Under the pieces are notes generated by a model that was not told the DNA's origin, searched no databases, and was given only the letters and a program-made list of their open reading frames with translations. A stretch of DNA of 64,000 nt from Aureliella sp. GTDB taxonomy: Bacteria > Planctomycetota > Planctomycetia > Pirellulales > Pirellulaceae. Below, one piece after another: positions 28,403 through 41,300 of the stretch. The position numbers and the translations under genes were made by a program. The number at the start of each line of letters is the position of its first letter. Position 1 is the first letter of the stretch. The stretch spans positions 3,584,001-3,648,000 of the forward strand of contig OY829846.1 of assembly GCA_963691875.1 (NCBI GenBank), given 5' to 3'.

Positions 28403-29698
28403 CTAGATCAACTTGGTCGTGCCGGGAATCGCATGCTGAGGCTTTGGCAGTTTGCCGTCCCAAGCAAGATCTTTCGGATAGAGGTCCAGTTTTGATTCCT
28501 TGGTAAGAAAATCCCAGGTAACTTCTTGACCAGTGTAGGCAGCCATACGGCCCATGACTGCGGTCAGTGAGCTGTCTGCGGTTTGCTTGAGTTCGACAAT
28601 GGGCTTGCCGGCGCGAATCGAATCCACCAGGTCCTTGTGCTCTTGCTTGTAGGCGTCGCCGATGGAGCCTGCTTGCTCCCAGATCTTCTTGCCATCGTAG
28701 TCCGTGATATAAGACCCCCGACTCATGGCGCCGATATGGCATATCCCTTCGGAACCGTAAACCACGTTACCATTGTCACTCTTACTGCCGGGGATTTGTC
28801 GGCACATGAATGAGAGTGTCTTGTTGCCTGGATAAACATAGTCAATTGATACATTGTCCCACATTTCGCTGTCAGCTGGACGTGTGAAACGTCCTCCAGA
28901 TCCGTAGGCTGTGAGTGGGTTTGATCCCATGACCCAGTTCATTGCGTCGATGTTGTGCACCGCTTGCTCGGCGATTTGATCGCCACTGAGCCAGATAAAG
29001 TGCATCCAGTTGTTCAACTGATACTCGGCGTCACTCATGCCTTCTTTGCGATTGCGGTACCAGATTCCCGTGGAGCAATAGCGTGACTGAGCACTGACGA
29101 TGTTACCAATAGTACCCTTGCGAATCTCTTCGATTGCCCCGACATAGTTCGCCTGACGACGGTACTGAGTTCCAGTGACGATTCCAGTCTGGTTCTTTTT
29201 GGCGAGCAGATCTGCCTTGAGGCAAACTCGGTAGCCAGCCGGATCAACACAGCTCGGCTTCTCCGCAAAAACGTGCTTGCCAGCTTCAACGGTTTCCAAG
29301 ATGTGATAGGGTCGGAAACCAGGAGATGTGGTCAAGAATACCAAGTCAATGTCGGATCGTTCCAAGATCTTCTTGTAGCCCTCCAATCCGTCATAAACTT
29401 GGTCTGGGGCCACATCAACCTTGTCTGGGTGACGTCGTGAAATCTGCGTGATCGTGTTAGCGCATTTGTTGGCATACAAATCCGAAGCAGCGACTAGCTT
29501 GACATTGTTGTTGATGGAAAATGAGTCATTTAGAGCCCCAGTGCCGCGTCCACCACAGCCGACGATTCCGATCCGAATGGTTTCCTCGGCGGAAGCTTTG
29601 ACCTCAGAGGAACTGTGAACCATGGTCGCTGCCGCAGAAATCGATGCGGTAGTGGCAATGAACTTACGTCGTGAGTTGGCAGAAGAATCCTGGGCCAT
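28403..29698 (-). CDS. Tat-exported Gfo/Idh/MocA oxidoreductase
   Basis: SRRKFI twin-arginine motif, GCGGRGTG, FAEKP, EQAVHNID. Confidence 0.92.
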   Translation of the reverse strand: MAQDSSANSRRKFIATTASISAAATMVHSSSEVKASAEETIRIGIVGCGGRGTGALNDSFSINNNVKLVAASDLYANKCANTITQISRRHPDKVDVAPDQVYDGLEGYKKILERSDIDLVFLTTSPGFRPYHILETVEAGKHVFAEKPSCVDPAGYRVCLKADLLAKKNQTGIVTGTQYRRQANYVGAIEEIRKGTIGNIVSAQSRYCSTGIWYRNRKEGMSDAEYQLNNWMHFIWLSGDQIAEQAVHNIDAMNWVMGSNPLTAYGSGGRFTRPADSEMWDNVSIDYVYPGNKTLSFMCRQIPGSKSDNGNVVYGSEGICHIGAMSRGSYITDYDGKKIWEQAGSIGDAYKQEHKDLVDSIRAGKPIVELKQTADSSLTAVMGRMAAYTGQEVTWDFLTKESKLDLYPKDLAWDGKLPKPQHAIPGTTKLI

Positions 29699-29898
29699 AT
29701 TGTGAGCTCCGCTAGAAGTTTGATGGTGGCGTAAGCAAGGAGGGAGCCCCTAGTGTACTCCAGGTGCTCGCCGGCTGGAACGGTTCGCCCGTCGAATACC
29801 TTCGCAGCCCCGACAATGTCACTTCCTTAGCATGTTGCATGCTAGACTGAGGTGAGGATAGGGGTCGAATATTCTGGAGTATTGAAGTCAGCCAAACC

Positions 29899-31212
29899 AT
29901 GAAATCCAAACGATGCTTTGCTTTTCTAGCGATTTGCTGCTGCTTGCTGTTGCCGACAGTTGCCACAGTAGCTTCGGCTCAGGAACGGACGGCTGAGGGC
30001 TTTCGACGTTACGAAGGCAAATACATCGAACTGCTGACAGACCTGCCTGATCGAGCCGATGCGAACGTCGAACTCGAGCAGCTCCCCAAGGCTTTTGATG
30101 CGGCCATGCCGCTTTGGTGCAAATATTTTGGCGTCGAACTTGCCGAGGTAGAGGGCTGGCGCGCGAGCGCCTGCATCATGCTCGAGAAAGAGCGTTTTCG
30201 TGAAGCGGGGTTGATTCCAGCGGGCGTGCCCGAGTTTCCATACGGTTTCCAGTACTACGATCAGCTCTTCGTGAGTGAGCAGCCGAGTGCGTACTATCGC
30301 AGGCATCTATTGATACACGAGGGCACGCACTGGTTCATGAGCCATCACTTTGGGGCTAATGCTCCTCCATGGATTATGGAGGGAATGGCCGAGTGGTTTG
30401 GTACGCATCGTTGGAACTTAGAAACTCAACAGCTTGATTTGAGTATTGTTCCTGCTGACAAAATGCTCGTTCCATACTGGGGCCGAGTTCGAAAAATCCG
30501 TGAACAGCTTGAAGCTGGCACCGCTCCAAGCCTTGAAGATATTATGCAATACGACAACACCGCACACCGAAGTGTTGATGCTTACGCGTGGAGCTGGGCC
30601 GCAGTCGTGTTCATGGTGAATCATCCGGACACGAAAGAAGCGTTTCGCGAAGTCCTTCAACAACCCATGCGGCCAGACATGACTCAAACGCGTTGGCTTT
30701 TCGAAAAGCTGAAAGCGCGCTGGCCATCAATTCGAGAACAATGGAACGCATTCACGAGTGACTTAGACTATGGTTGGTCGCCCCAAGGTGGAATGCTCAC
30801 GATTTCGAACAAGCCCACTAAGCTCGTGGGAAGCTCAACACAGATGACGATTCATTCGGATCGCTCTTGGCAAGCAAGTAACGTCTACGCCACCGCCGGC
30901 AACAAAATCCGCATTCGTGCCACAGGTTCGTACGAAGTTGCGCAACTCCCCAAACCTTGGATTTGCTTCGCTGATGGAGTCACACTCGAATACTACCGTG
31001 GTCAGCCGTTGGGGCGTTTAATGCTGGCGATCTCAACACCGCGAAACAAGCCAGTCGCAACGCAACAAATCACCATCCTGCCCTTGGCCACCGAAGCAGT
31101 GGTGGAGATGCCTCAGACGGGCGAGCTACACTTCCGGGTCAACGAGGCAAGTCGTGAAAGAAGCGACAATCAGGGAGAACTAACAGTTCAAATCGAACTG
31201 CTGGAAAAGTAG
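29899..31212 (+). CDS. Secreted zinc-peptidase-like protein (HExxH; DUF1570-like) with C-terminal beta-sandwich
   Basis: Signal peptide; LIHEGTH...PPWIMEGMAEW; C-terminal WQASNV..AG..IRIRATG...FRVNE...DNQGELTV. Confidence 0.75.
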   Translation: MKSKRCFAFLAICCCLLLPTVATVASAQERTAEGFRRYEGKYIELLTDLPDRADANVELEQLPKAFDAAMPLWCKYFGVELAEVEGWRASACIMLEKERFREAGLIPAGVPEFPYGFQYYDQLFVSEQPSAYYRRHLLIHEGTHWFMSHHFGANAPPWIMEGMAEWFGTHRWNLETQQLDLSIVPADKMLVPYWGRVRKIREQLEAGTAPSLEDIMQYDNTAHRSVDAYAWSWAAVVFMVNHPDTKEAFREVLQQPMRPDMTQTRWLFEKLKARWPSIREQWNAFTSDLDYGWSPQGGMLTISNKPTKLVGSSTQMTIHSDRSWQASNVYATAGNKIRIRATGSYEVAQLPKPWICFADGVTLEYYRGQPLGRLMLAISTPRNKPVATQQITILPLATEAVVEMPQTGELHFRVNEASRERSDNQGELTVQIELLEK

Positions 31213-31807
31213 CAGAGTCGAAACTGCTTCAACCTCCTGCAAAAATCAATGCGGAACTTTGTCTCGCAAAATTCTATCTAGGGGGGCTCATTCTTGGAAA
31301 AGCGCAAGAAAAAAGGCAATCCTAGAACCACCCTCGTCCTTGGTTACCGAGGATAATCCCAAAATCGCCTTGGGTCTCAAGCAATTTTAACTAGTTCGAT
31401 TTTGCCCCCGTCGAACCAACCTCATTTGCTTTCGACCTGAGAAAGTATAGGCTCGAGGCAATGAACAAGCTTCCCAAACATGCTGCAAAAGCAAGTTTAT
31501 TCAGGATAATCTTGCGTGACCAGCTCTATACGAAGGATATTATCCCAGGCGGAAATATTGACGAGTCAATGTTCGCCTTTTCTTTGTTTAGCGATGGCTT
31601 CTCTGCGTTCAGAGCAGAGACAAGCATGCACCTCGGGCAACTCAACCATTGTCACGAGGTTGGTGGCATTGCATAGCATTTTCCATCGCCAGTAATGGCG
31701 AAAGCTATGAGAGAGTGTACTGCTTCGTCCAGGTGCAAGCTTCTAACAAGCTACCAGAAGAAGGAGGCTAGCTTGTGCCACAAGAACGGAAAGAAATCGA
31801 TCGCAAC

Positions 31808-32674
31808 CTATGCGGCTTTGCTTTTGTCCTCGGCCCTCATACCTGCCCAGCGGCGAAGGGTCCGCGTGTTCTTATCAAGCATTCCATGCCAGTACTTGGG
31901 GTTTCGCCAGCGAGAGACAAGTCTAATCGGTGGTGTAATCCAATCTTTGTTCTGAATCCGATCATGCATCACGGCAGGATGAGTTCCGCGAAAAGGTTCA
32001 CAAGTCTTTGGCTGGAGCTCCACCTCTTGCATTTGCTCCTGCCCCGGAGTGACTAGTCGACCATCGTACAAGCTTGAAAAGTAGTCCAGCTTGGCTGTCA
32101 TGTTCTCGGGCGGTTTCACATAGCCATAGTGATAAACCCATGCACCGGTAGTAGCACTTCTCAGCTTGCGACCGTCGATACGAAAGCCGCATGCGTCTCC
32201 CCAGGACTGAACACCAACTCCTGGGCGGATAATTCGAATTTGCTTGCGATAAGGCAGTGGATCTCGAATTCCGTAGTCGGCAACGAAGTGGTGGTAACGA
32301 AAACTGAGACCTTGGATCCTGGGTCGCCCGAGATTGCGTTTCATCGATTTCGCGATCGAATCCTGATCGTCCTCGTGAAGCACTTCATCCGCCTGCAGGT
32401 AGACGAGCCAGTCGCCTTCGCAGTGGTCCATGGCGATATTGGTCTGCTGAGCCAACACCGTTCCGCCGCGACGCTGATTGTCATCCCAAACCGTATCGAT
32501 AATCCGTAATTTGCATGAACCGATGGACTCGATGAGCTCCCGCGTCCCGTCGTCGCACTGCCCAACCGCAACCAAGAATTCATCAACGAGCGGCAAGGCC
32601 GAGCGAATGCTCTCCACTACTGGGTAATCGTAGCGAACCGCATTGCGAACGATGGTAAAGCCTACGACTCGCAT
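31808..32674 (-). CDS. Glycosyltransferase family 2-like protein
   Basis: GFTIVRNA..YDYPVVESI, CDDGT, YLQADEV, YHYGYV. Confidence 0.88.
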   Translation of the reverse strand: MRVVGFTIVRNAVRYDYPVVESIRSALPLVDEFLVAVGQCDDGTRELIESIGSCKLRIIDTVWDDNQRRGGTVLAQQTNIAMDHCEGDWLVYLQADEVLHEDDQDSIAKSMKRNLGRPRIQGLSFRYHHFVADYGIRDPLPYRKQIRIIRPGVGVQSWGDACGFRIDGRKLRSATTGAWVYHYGYVKPPENMTAKLDYFSSLYDGRLVTPGQEQMQEVELQPKTCEPFRGTHPAVMHDRIQNKDWITPPIRLVSRWRNPKYWHGMLDKNTRTLRRWAGMRAEDKSKAA

Positions 32675-32726
32675 TGTTTGTAAAATCTCAACTAAATGGT
32701 GCTTATCTGACTGCTAATGAAAATCT

Positions 32727-33872
32727 TTAGGCAACTCGAGCCAGCTTCGGCTTATCGGCGGCCATCTCTATCTGCTTCAATGTCAATGCGTACACCTGAG
32801 ACACGCTAATATCTTGCATGCAGCGATGATGACTTAGGGGACAAGTGGCCTCATAGCAGGGCTGGCAGTCTAAGTCCAAATACACCTGCCGTTCAGGTTT
32901 GTTATACGTGGCGGTCCAGAGCGGTCCGGTCGAGCCGAACAATGTGACAACAGGCCGGTCCAAGGCCACTGCTATATGCCGCGCACCGCTGTCCGTCGTC
33001 ACCACTGCAGCAGCTCGCTGCAGAACTCCACGACTCAGTCCAAGCGGCAAATTATCGACCACTCCCATGCTGAGTACATTGGGATGCGAAGCCAAAGCAA
33101 CCGTATCTGCTGCCGACTGACGCTCACCAGGGCCACAATGAAGAAGCACTTGAAGATCCGTTTTTGCCGCCAAACGGGTCGCTAGCTCCGCTACTTTCTC
33201 CTTGGGCCAGACACGGGATCCATCCTTCGCCGAATTGCTGTTAATAACAACCGTAGGAAGCGAAGATGAGAATCCAAGCTTGCTCCAGAGTTGGTCTGCA
33301 AGTTCCTGATCCTGAGGCGTGACACTTAGCTGCATTGCCCGGGACTGACTTTCACATCCCAACCATTCAGCCTGCTTTAAGTAGTAGTCGATCGCGCTGA
33401 CAGGAATAGGACCAGACTCGTTCTTGGGGACCGGAAGCGCGTCCGTCAGCAACCAAGCTCGACCATCTCTTCTGTAGCCGACCCGCCGTGGAATCCGTGA
33501 TGCAAAAGCTACGGCGGCGGACCAGAATGAATTCGGCAAAATCAATATCGTGTCGCAGTTGCTCTTACGAAGCTCGCGCATCAGCGACGACCTTGAGACG
33601 CTATGAGCCACACGTTGCTTGCCTCGTCGGTGGAAGAGAATGCGCTGATCAAAGCAATCCACATCCACAGTATTTGGCAAGAGCTCATCAATCAAGCTCG
33701 ACATGACGCCCACCAACCGAGCATCTGGAAACCCTTGCCGCAGAGAGCGCAGGGTTGGCGTCGCCATGCAGGCATCGCCAATCCAGTTCGGCATGATGAC
33801 AGCAATTGTTGGCGTCTTGCTGATCGACGGAGAGGAATCTGAGGTCAATGTTGCGTCTGGGGAAGAATCCAT
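32727..33872 (-). CDS. waaF: Lipopolysaccharide heptosyltransferase II (GT9)
   Basis: PNWIGDACMATP, PNSFWSA, TTDSGARHIAVA, LFGST, CQPC..TCPLSHHRCM. Confidence 0.88.
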   Translation of the reverse strand: MDSSPDATLTSDSSPSISKTPTIAVIMPNWIGDACMATPTLRSLRQGFPDARLVGVMSSLIDELLPNTVDVDCFDQRILFHRRGKQRVAHSVSRSSLMRELRKSNCDTILILPNSFWSAAVAFASRIPRRVGYRRDGRAWLLTDALPVPKNESGPIPVSAIDYYLKQAEWLGCESQSRAMQLSVTPQDQELADQLWSKLGFSSSLPTVVINSNSAKDGSRVWPKEKVAELATRLAAKTDLQVLLHCGPGERQSAADTVALASHPNVLSMGVVDNLPLGLSRGVLQRAAAVVTTDSGARHIAVALDRPVVTLFGSTGPLWTATYNKPERQVYLDLDCQPCYEATCPLSHHRCMQDISVSQVYALTLKQIEMAADKPKLARVA

Positions 33873-34257
33873 TCCTACGAGGTATAAATATTTACACTAC
33901 TTGAGAAACCGTTCTCATGCAGTTGAAACCTCGGTAGCCTCAAGGGCGAGACTACCTGGACATCATATTGCCTCAGCAAGCAACAGAACAAGAGATCTTA
34001 GGATACGCCAGGATCCGGTAGCACCGAATGCTAGCAATCGGCGTGTCCGTATTTTTCCGACAATGCCACCTCATGTTGAATTCCCAAAGTGTCCTATACT
34101 ATGAGCGAGATACCTACCTCTAATCCAACGCCAAAAACGTCAACTGAATAGCCTTGAGTTTTTCAGGTGATTTCGGCTAGGATTCTCGCAATGCGATAGC
34201 ACGCAACACCAGGCTGGATCGTCCCGGCTGTGCGTAAACTTGGATTTCCCAGTGAGC

Positions 34258-35631
34258 ATGAGGCTCAAACTGATTTCGAAGCGCATTTTTATTGATGCCA
34301 CATACACTATCTGCTCGGGCCGAAGCTCGGGTATAGAAAGGGTTGTGCGCAATCTCGTCAGCCAATGTAAGATGCGAGCCGACAGTGGTGAATTGGTTGA
34401 ACCAAGCATGGTGGTCAATCACGGCGGCGAATTCTTTGAGCTAAACCAAAAATACTTGGAGCTATTCCAGCAGTCGGCTCAGATACAATCCAATGTATTG
34501 AAGCACACTCCGGCGTGGTACCGCCCAGCAGCGGAGGGCATCTGCAAAGTGCTACAAGCGCAGAAATTTCGCAAGTGGCTGCTGCCTCAGCCTGGCCATC
34601 TTGGACTATTTAAACTCCTGCACACGGCACAGGAATCAAGTGTATTCCGCAAGATGGCCCGCAAGTGCGAACCAATCCAGGCTGGGCCAGGCGATCTGTT
34701 CCTATTACCGGACGCGTACTGGGTAACTCGTCTTCGCAATAGCGTTTGGCCCGCCGCAAAGCGTGCACGAAACAACGGAGCCTTTGTTGCCAGCATCATT
34801 TACGACTTAATACCTCTCAGTCATCCTCAGTTTGTCGGATCGCGCCGCCGCAAGGCCTTCCACGACTACTTGGTGAAGGCCATTCAAAGCTCCGACCTGC
34901 TTCTGACCATCTCCAATACAGTCTTGAGTCAGCTGCAAGAGTTTGTCGCGACGGATCCTGCAGTCGCTAGTCTTGATCGCCCCACGATGAAGTCGTTCCA
35001 GCTAGGAGCTGAGCTGTCGACTGTTGAAGGCAACGTAAGGCAACCACTCGTCGATTTGTTCGGAAAGAGTAAACCTCCTTATTTGATGGTCGCGACTTTT
35101 GACCCTCGCAAGAACCATCAGTACTTGCTCGACGCGTTCGACCAACTTTGGCAACGCGGCAAGCAACTTGATATTTGCTTGGTTGGACGAATTGGCTCCC
35201 GTTGTGACGACATCACGAAACGCATTTTGACGCATCCTCTGTTCGGCAAAAACCTTTTCTTGTTTGACGACCTTTCCGACGCGGAACTACAACATTGCTA
35301 CCGCAACTCTCGCGGAGTAGTCTTCCCGTCGATTGTTGAAGGCTTCGGACTGCCGATCGTTGAATCACTATGGTTCGGCAAGAAAACCTTTGTCAGCGAC
35401 ACGCCTATTCACCGTGAAGTTGGCGGCAATGACTGCAGTTACTTCCCCTTAGATCGTCCCAAGGTGCTGGCCGATCAAATTGTTCAGTGGGAACGCAGTA
35501 TCACAGAAGGCAAGCCCTCGATGAACCAACGACATCCTGTCACCTGGAGCGAGAGCTGCAATCAATTGCTAGCACAATGTGCCGCACTTCTTCAGGATGC
35601 GGATTCTATTCGAACTGCACACGCAGCCTAG
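34258..35631 (+). CDS. Glycosyltransferase family 4 (mannosyltransferase-like)
   Basis: SGIERVV, YDLIPL, DPRKN, FPSIVEGFGLPIVE, SDTPIHREV. Confidence 0.9.
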   Translation: MRLKLISKRIFIDATYTICSGRSSGIERVVRNLVSQCKMRADSGELVEPSMVVNHGGEFFELNQKYLELFQQSAQIQSNVLKHTPAWYRPAAEGICKVLQAQKFRKWLLPQPGHLGLFKLLHTAQESSVFRKMARKCEPIQAGPGDLFLLPDAYWVTRLRNSVWPAAKRARNNGAFVASIIYDLIPLSHPQFVGSRRRKAFHDYLVKAIQSSDLLLTISNTVLSQLQEFVATDPAVASLDRPTMKSFQLGAELSTVEGNVRQPLVDLFGKSKPPYLMVATFDPRKNHQYLLDAFDQLWQRGKQLDICLVGRIGSRCDDITKRILTHPLFGKNLFLFDDLSDAELQHCYRNSRGVVFPSIVEGFGLPIVESLWFGKKTFVSDTPIHREVGGNDCSYFPLDRPKVLADQIVQWERSITEGKPSMNQRHPVTWSESCNQLLAQCAALLQDADSIRTAHAA

Positions 35632-35961
35632 GTCGACAGCCTATTCATGGTTGTTTTAGAATCGCGGGCTGTTGCCGCTTCGAGATTCGAGAGCAGTCGC
35701 CCGCGGTAGCGCGTTGAACGTGGAATCAAATCGAAGCCCAAACCCACTTGCCTGCGCGTCGTGCTCAGATTCTATGAGCGATTCAACGCAAGACGCCGGT
35801 TCTTCAGTTCTTTGACATTCCAACCTCCCGAAATCATTTTTCTCAAATGATGTGGACACGGATTTGCATGTCTGTCAAACTCCTCCCGGGGCTGGCAGGA
35901 CGCCACGCAAGCAGACCCAACAATACTTTGACTTGCGGCCCATCATTTTGCTAACCAATAA

Positions 35962-37038
<1,077 letters not shown>

Positions 37039-37072
37039 CTGCCTGCAACTCACAAAAGACAGAGTTCAATCG

Positions 37073-37104
37073 AGCCCGGCTTTCCTAAACTGGGCTTTTT
37101 CTTT
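37073..37104 (+). terminator. Intrinsic terminator after gmd
   Basis: AGCCCGG...CTGGGCT stem followed by TTTTCTTT. Confidence 0.7.
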
Positions 37105-37214
37105 GCTTGGCAAGCCACCGCATATCGCTGGGCTAACTCGTATGCAGAATTCTTCAAATGACCGGGGTGACTAAGCGATCGGCGACTCTAAAAACACGGT
37201 GGCCGCCGAAATTG

Positions 37215-38315
37215 CTATCGCTGGTAGATCGGCAAGTAATGATACTTGACTGAAAGACTGAGGATCGACATGCAAGTTGAGTAGACCTTGCCTGCCCCCG
37301 ACTCCTCTCCGCCTGGCGCGGCCCACGAGCCATCGTCTTGTTGCTTTTCGAGTAACAACTCGGCGACATTCTTACTCGCCAGTTCGGCCTGCCGACCGCC
37401 ACGCTGGTACATCCCCTGAGCGTAGTAATACGTTCCGTAGAAGAAGAAGCGATCCTTCCACTTGGGTGGATGCTCTTCCAACCACAGCACCGCATCGCGG
37501 ACTAGCGGCGAATCATATTGCCCACAGACTTGCATCGCCAGGAGACCGGCAGCGGTCATCGCGAATGTAGGGTTTCGGGCTCGCGGTAAATAACAGAAAC
37601 CTCCGCCGGAGCGAACAGGATTTCCTTGCGAATCAAGTCTCTCCGAGAAAGACCTTTCCAGATAAGCGATGGCTGCATTGATTGCCTCCGCTGGAACATC
37701 CAGTCCGTCGTTCTTGGCCGAGCGAAGCGCCATTAGCTGCCAAACGCTTACCGATAGATCAGCATCATTCGAATTCGGGGTGTAGCGCCAACCGCCCCTG
37801 TAATTAGCCGCCTTCTGTTCTTTCTGAGCGCTAAGAATGAGGTCAATCGCACGCTGGCAGCGTAGGTGAATCAGGGCATCTTGCTGCGCCGAAGCCCCCA
37901 TTCCTACCATCTCTGTCAACATTAGCGTAGTGATGCCATGGCCGTACATCCGCGACCCATCGCGGTTGCCAAAGTACCCTTCATCGTCCTGACGCCCTTT
38001 GCTAAGTACGAAATCTAGCGCTCGACGCGACACCTGGCCCAGCTCGCCAGGGCTACCTGGCGTGACTCCGGTGCTTGCCAGCGCCATGATCGCGAGTGAG
38101 CTCATCGTCGTATCATATTGACGATCCGTTATCGCGCCGTTATCCCGCTGTTTACTGACTAAAAACGCTATGCCTTTATCGATTGCTGCTCGAACTTTTG
38201 GCGAGACAGCCGTCTCTTTTTCCTGAGCACCGGCGAATTGCGACAGCAAAGACCCCAGCAAACAAAACGCAACAAGACAGACTCTTGTTACTCCAAATTT
38301 CATTCCAAGTCTCAC
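37215..38315 (-). CDS. Secreted prenyltransferase/squalene-oxidase-repeat (alpha/alpha barrel) protein
   Basis: QxxxG(G)W repeats, [40 protein letters not shown]; signal peptide. Confidence 0.88.
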   Translation of the reverse strand: MRLGMKFGVTRVCLVAFCLLGSLLSQFAGAQEKETAVSPKVRAAIDKGIAFLVSKQRDNGAITDRQYDTTMSSLAIMALASTGVTPGSPGELGQVSRRALDFVLSKGRQDDEGYFGNRDGSRMYGHGITTLMLTEMVGMGASAQQDALIHLRCQRAIDLILSAQKEQKAANYRGGWRYTPNSNDADLSVSVWQLMALRSAKNDGLDVPAEAINAAIAYLERSFSERLDSQGNPVRSGGGFCYLPRARNPTFAMTAAGLLAMQVCGQYDSPLVRDAVLWLEEHPPKWKDRFFFYGTYYYAQGMYQRGGRQAELASKNVAELLLEKQQDDGSWAAPGGEESGAGKVYSTCMSILSLSVKYHYLPIYQR

Positions 38316-41300
38316 TGCTTCGCCGACTCCTTAGCAACGCTTCGGAAATAAGCGTCAACTTGAGCTTGAATATGCGGAGCAAGAGTAGACCGCTTTGTCT
38401 CGATGGCTCCCTCAGCTTTCTGGTCTCGCAACTTACCCCAGTCGCCATCCACTCGATTCACGCGTGTGACTGAAACATCAACGGGACCTTGAGGATCCAC
38501 ATTTGCCATAGTGGACTCAGTCGCCATCCCGAGATCTTCGCTCGGAGTCGGCTGGTTTTGTGGCATCGCCTGAGAACGGCTCAGCTGCATCGCGAGCTGC
38601 TTGGCCGCCTGAGCCAGGGTACCTGGCGGCATCTTTGCCGAGGATTGCATCGGATTCTGCGAGTTATTGTCCTGTTGACCGAGATTCGCATCACTTTGAC
38701 TCATCTGCCGATCCAGTTCATCCAATAACTGCGCCTTCTCCTGGGGACTCAGATTTGCAAGTGGTGAAGTGGCAGAGGAACTTGGCGAGTTTGCCTTCGA
38801 TGGACTGCCTTGCTGTTGACGCTGTGAATTGGAAGCGGTCGAACTTTGGGCGCTTTGCGAGGATGGCTGATTCGCACTTTGTGACTGAGGCGAATTCTGT
38901 GCCCGGGATTGAGCATCTGGCAACTGAGCATTCTGTGATTGCGCGCCCTGTCCTTGTTGTTGCGAATCTCCCTGAGCTCCCTCACTTTGCCCCTGAGACT
39001 GGGCTGACTGCTGAGCCAACAATTGCTCAAGTGATTCTGCAGCGTCGCGAATCGCCTCCTCACCTGACTGACCAGCCTGCTGAGCATCGCTTGTCTGGGA
39101 TGAGCTCGCCTGCTGGCTTGGTGACGCCATGGCTTGTGCAGCCGCTTCTTGCATCGCTTGTTGCGAGTCGCCGAGCGCTGATGCGGCCGCTTCATTAGCC
39201 TGACCAGCAACGGCTGCCAGTGCCTCACCTGACTCTTGGTTATCGAGTCGCTCCTCATGACGACTTGCACGGCCTAGGTCGTCAGCTGCTTGCTCCACTT
39301 CTTCTTGAACGTCTCCTTGCTTCCGAGCTGAGGAAGCCAACTGATTAGCACTGGCTTCTGCCACAGGCTGTTCCGACTGTGCCCAGTCTCCAAGATTCTT
39401 GGCAAGTCCTTCGGTGCGTTCCTGAGCCTGCTCCAATAGATCGCTCGCAAATTCGGCAGCTGGATTCTCACTCTCTAGTTTTGCTTCTGGTCGAGCCCGA
39501 CTCTGCTCCAGTTGCTTCTTCGCCTGCTGCTCTCGCTGCTTCAATTTCTCAGCAAGCTGTTCAGCCGCCTGCTGTCGCGATTCTGCGGCCGCGACTTGGT
39601 TCTGCTGCCGCTCCTGCTGAGCTGCCATGGCATCTGGATCGTTTGACTTCTCCGCCCTTCGGTTCAGCTGGTCCAAGTTTCGCTGCTGTTGGTCGGTTTG
39701 CCGCTTCGCTTGCTGTAATTGCTGCTCCGCTTGCCTGCGAGCTGCAGACGCCTGACTCTCAGCCTGTCGCAATTGCCTTTCGTCTGTTTGCTTTGTTCGC
39801 GCTTGACGATCTCGTGTTTCGCGACGCCGGTTGTTCAGATCGGCACCGTTATCATGGATACGTTCAGCCTGAGCCTCCAGAAGACCCTGCTGCGCCTCTG
39901 CCAGCCTCTGTCCTGCATTCTCCAAAGCCTCAGAAAACTCCTTGGCTTTTTGCTGCATCGACTCCATCGACTCGCCATTGGTGGGCTTTGCATTCTCGGA
40001 AGCGGCAGAGAGTTTATCAGCCGCATCCTGGAGAGCCTCAGCACTTTCCGGCTGCTTTGCTTGTCGTGCAGCATTGTTCGCTTCTTGCACAAGATTCTGC
40101 AACGTGTCTCGAGCTTGAGTCCGTGCAGAATTCAAATCATGCGCCAACAGCTGCTTCCGTGCTTTCAACTTTGCATCTGAGTCTTCGAGGGCGTTGGTAA
40201 GCTCCTGCTGCTTCCGCGCGGCTTGCTGCAGGTCTTCAAGAGCCCGCTCTGCGGCCGCCTTGGCAATATCCGACATAGCGGACTGCATGGGCTGATCCGT
40301 TTGCAACTCCCGCTCTAAAGCCTCAAGCAACTCTTGCGAGTTCATCTCTGCCAACTCGGCGAGTGACTCGGCTTGATCGAAGGCTGAATTGGACTCCAGT
40401 CCCTCCTGCTGTTGACTCATTTCTTGAGCAATTTGCTCTAGCCGAGCCATATCGCTGTTCTCTTGCGGAGTGGAGTTCGCCTCGGACGACTCATTCGAAT
40501 TAGGCTCAAAGATATTGGCAAGTTGCTCCAGTGCCTCCGCTGCATCAGCCTGCTTCCCTGCGGCTTCTACCAAGGCTTGCTTCTGCTCCTGCTTGGTCGC
40601 GTTCCCGTCAGGTATCTCATCCAGAGACTCATTGGTCTGCTCGCGAGCACGGTCGACGATCTGCAGTCCCGCATCATCCGCTCTGGCGTGATCCAATTCC
40701 TCCGCGTCAAGTAGATCGTGCGTTTCAGCCCGGTCCACTAAGGCTTCACGCAATTCCTGCATCGGTGACTGCAAGCGATCTTTTTGCTGTTCGAGCTGCG
40801 CGAGTTCCACCTCGTTCGCTTCCGGCGACTGCTCTTCCACTTCTTGGCTCAAACGTTCGGTATCTTCACTCAGTTCTTTCGTCTTTTCAGCCGCCTCTTT
40901 TGCAAGCTCAGAGATTGTCGGAGCCGCCTCATCGATGATCTCGCGCGCCTTTTCGACGGCTGGCTTCAGTTCGGTTTGAACTCCAGATAGCTGCTCAGCA
41001 AGCTTCATGAGGTCTGAAGCTGCCGACTTCGGCTCACTGCGATCCCAACGCCGAGAAGCAATCCGCTGGCTAGCTTCTTGAGCCGGTTTATCCCAGCGCA
41101 ACTTTTCGATCGATTGAATCAAAGGCGAATCAATGCTTGCCTCGTGCGCTTGGCGAGCAGCTTGCTCCAAGCGTTTCTGCAGTGCTTCCCAATTCCGCGG
41201 GCTGTCCGTTCGAGTATCTACACTATTGAGTTGCCAACGTTCATCACGGGTCAGCTTTGAAAGAATCGCGCTGGATTCCTGTAGCTCGTTTGCGAGTTCC

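Noticed and set aside
35702..35713. ops-like element CGCGGTAGCGCG upstream of gmd
   Set aside because: Imperfect match to GGCGGTAGnnTG, ~320 nt from the start, precedes a single terminated gene, and no NusG paralogue is in the window.
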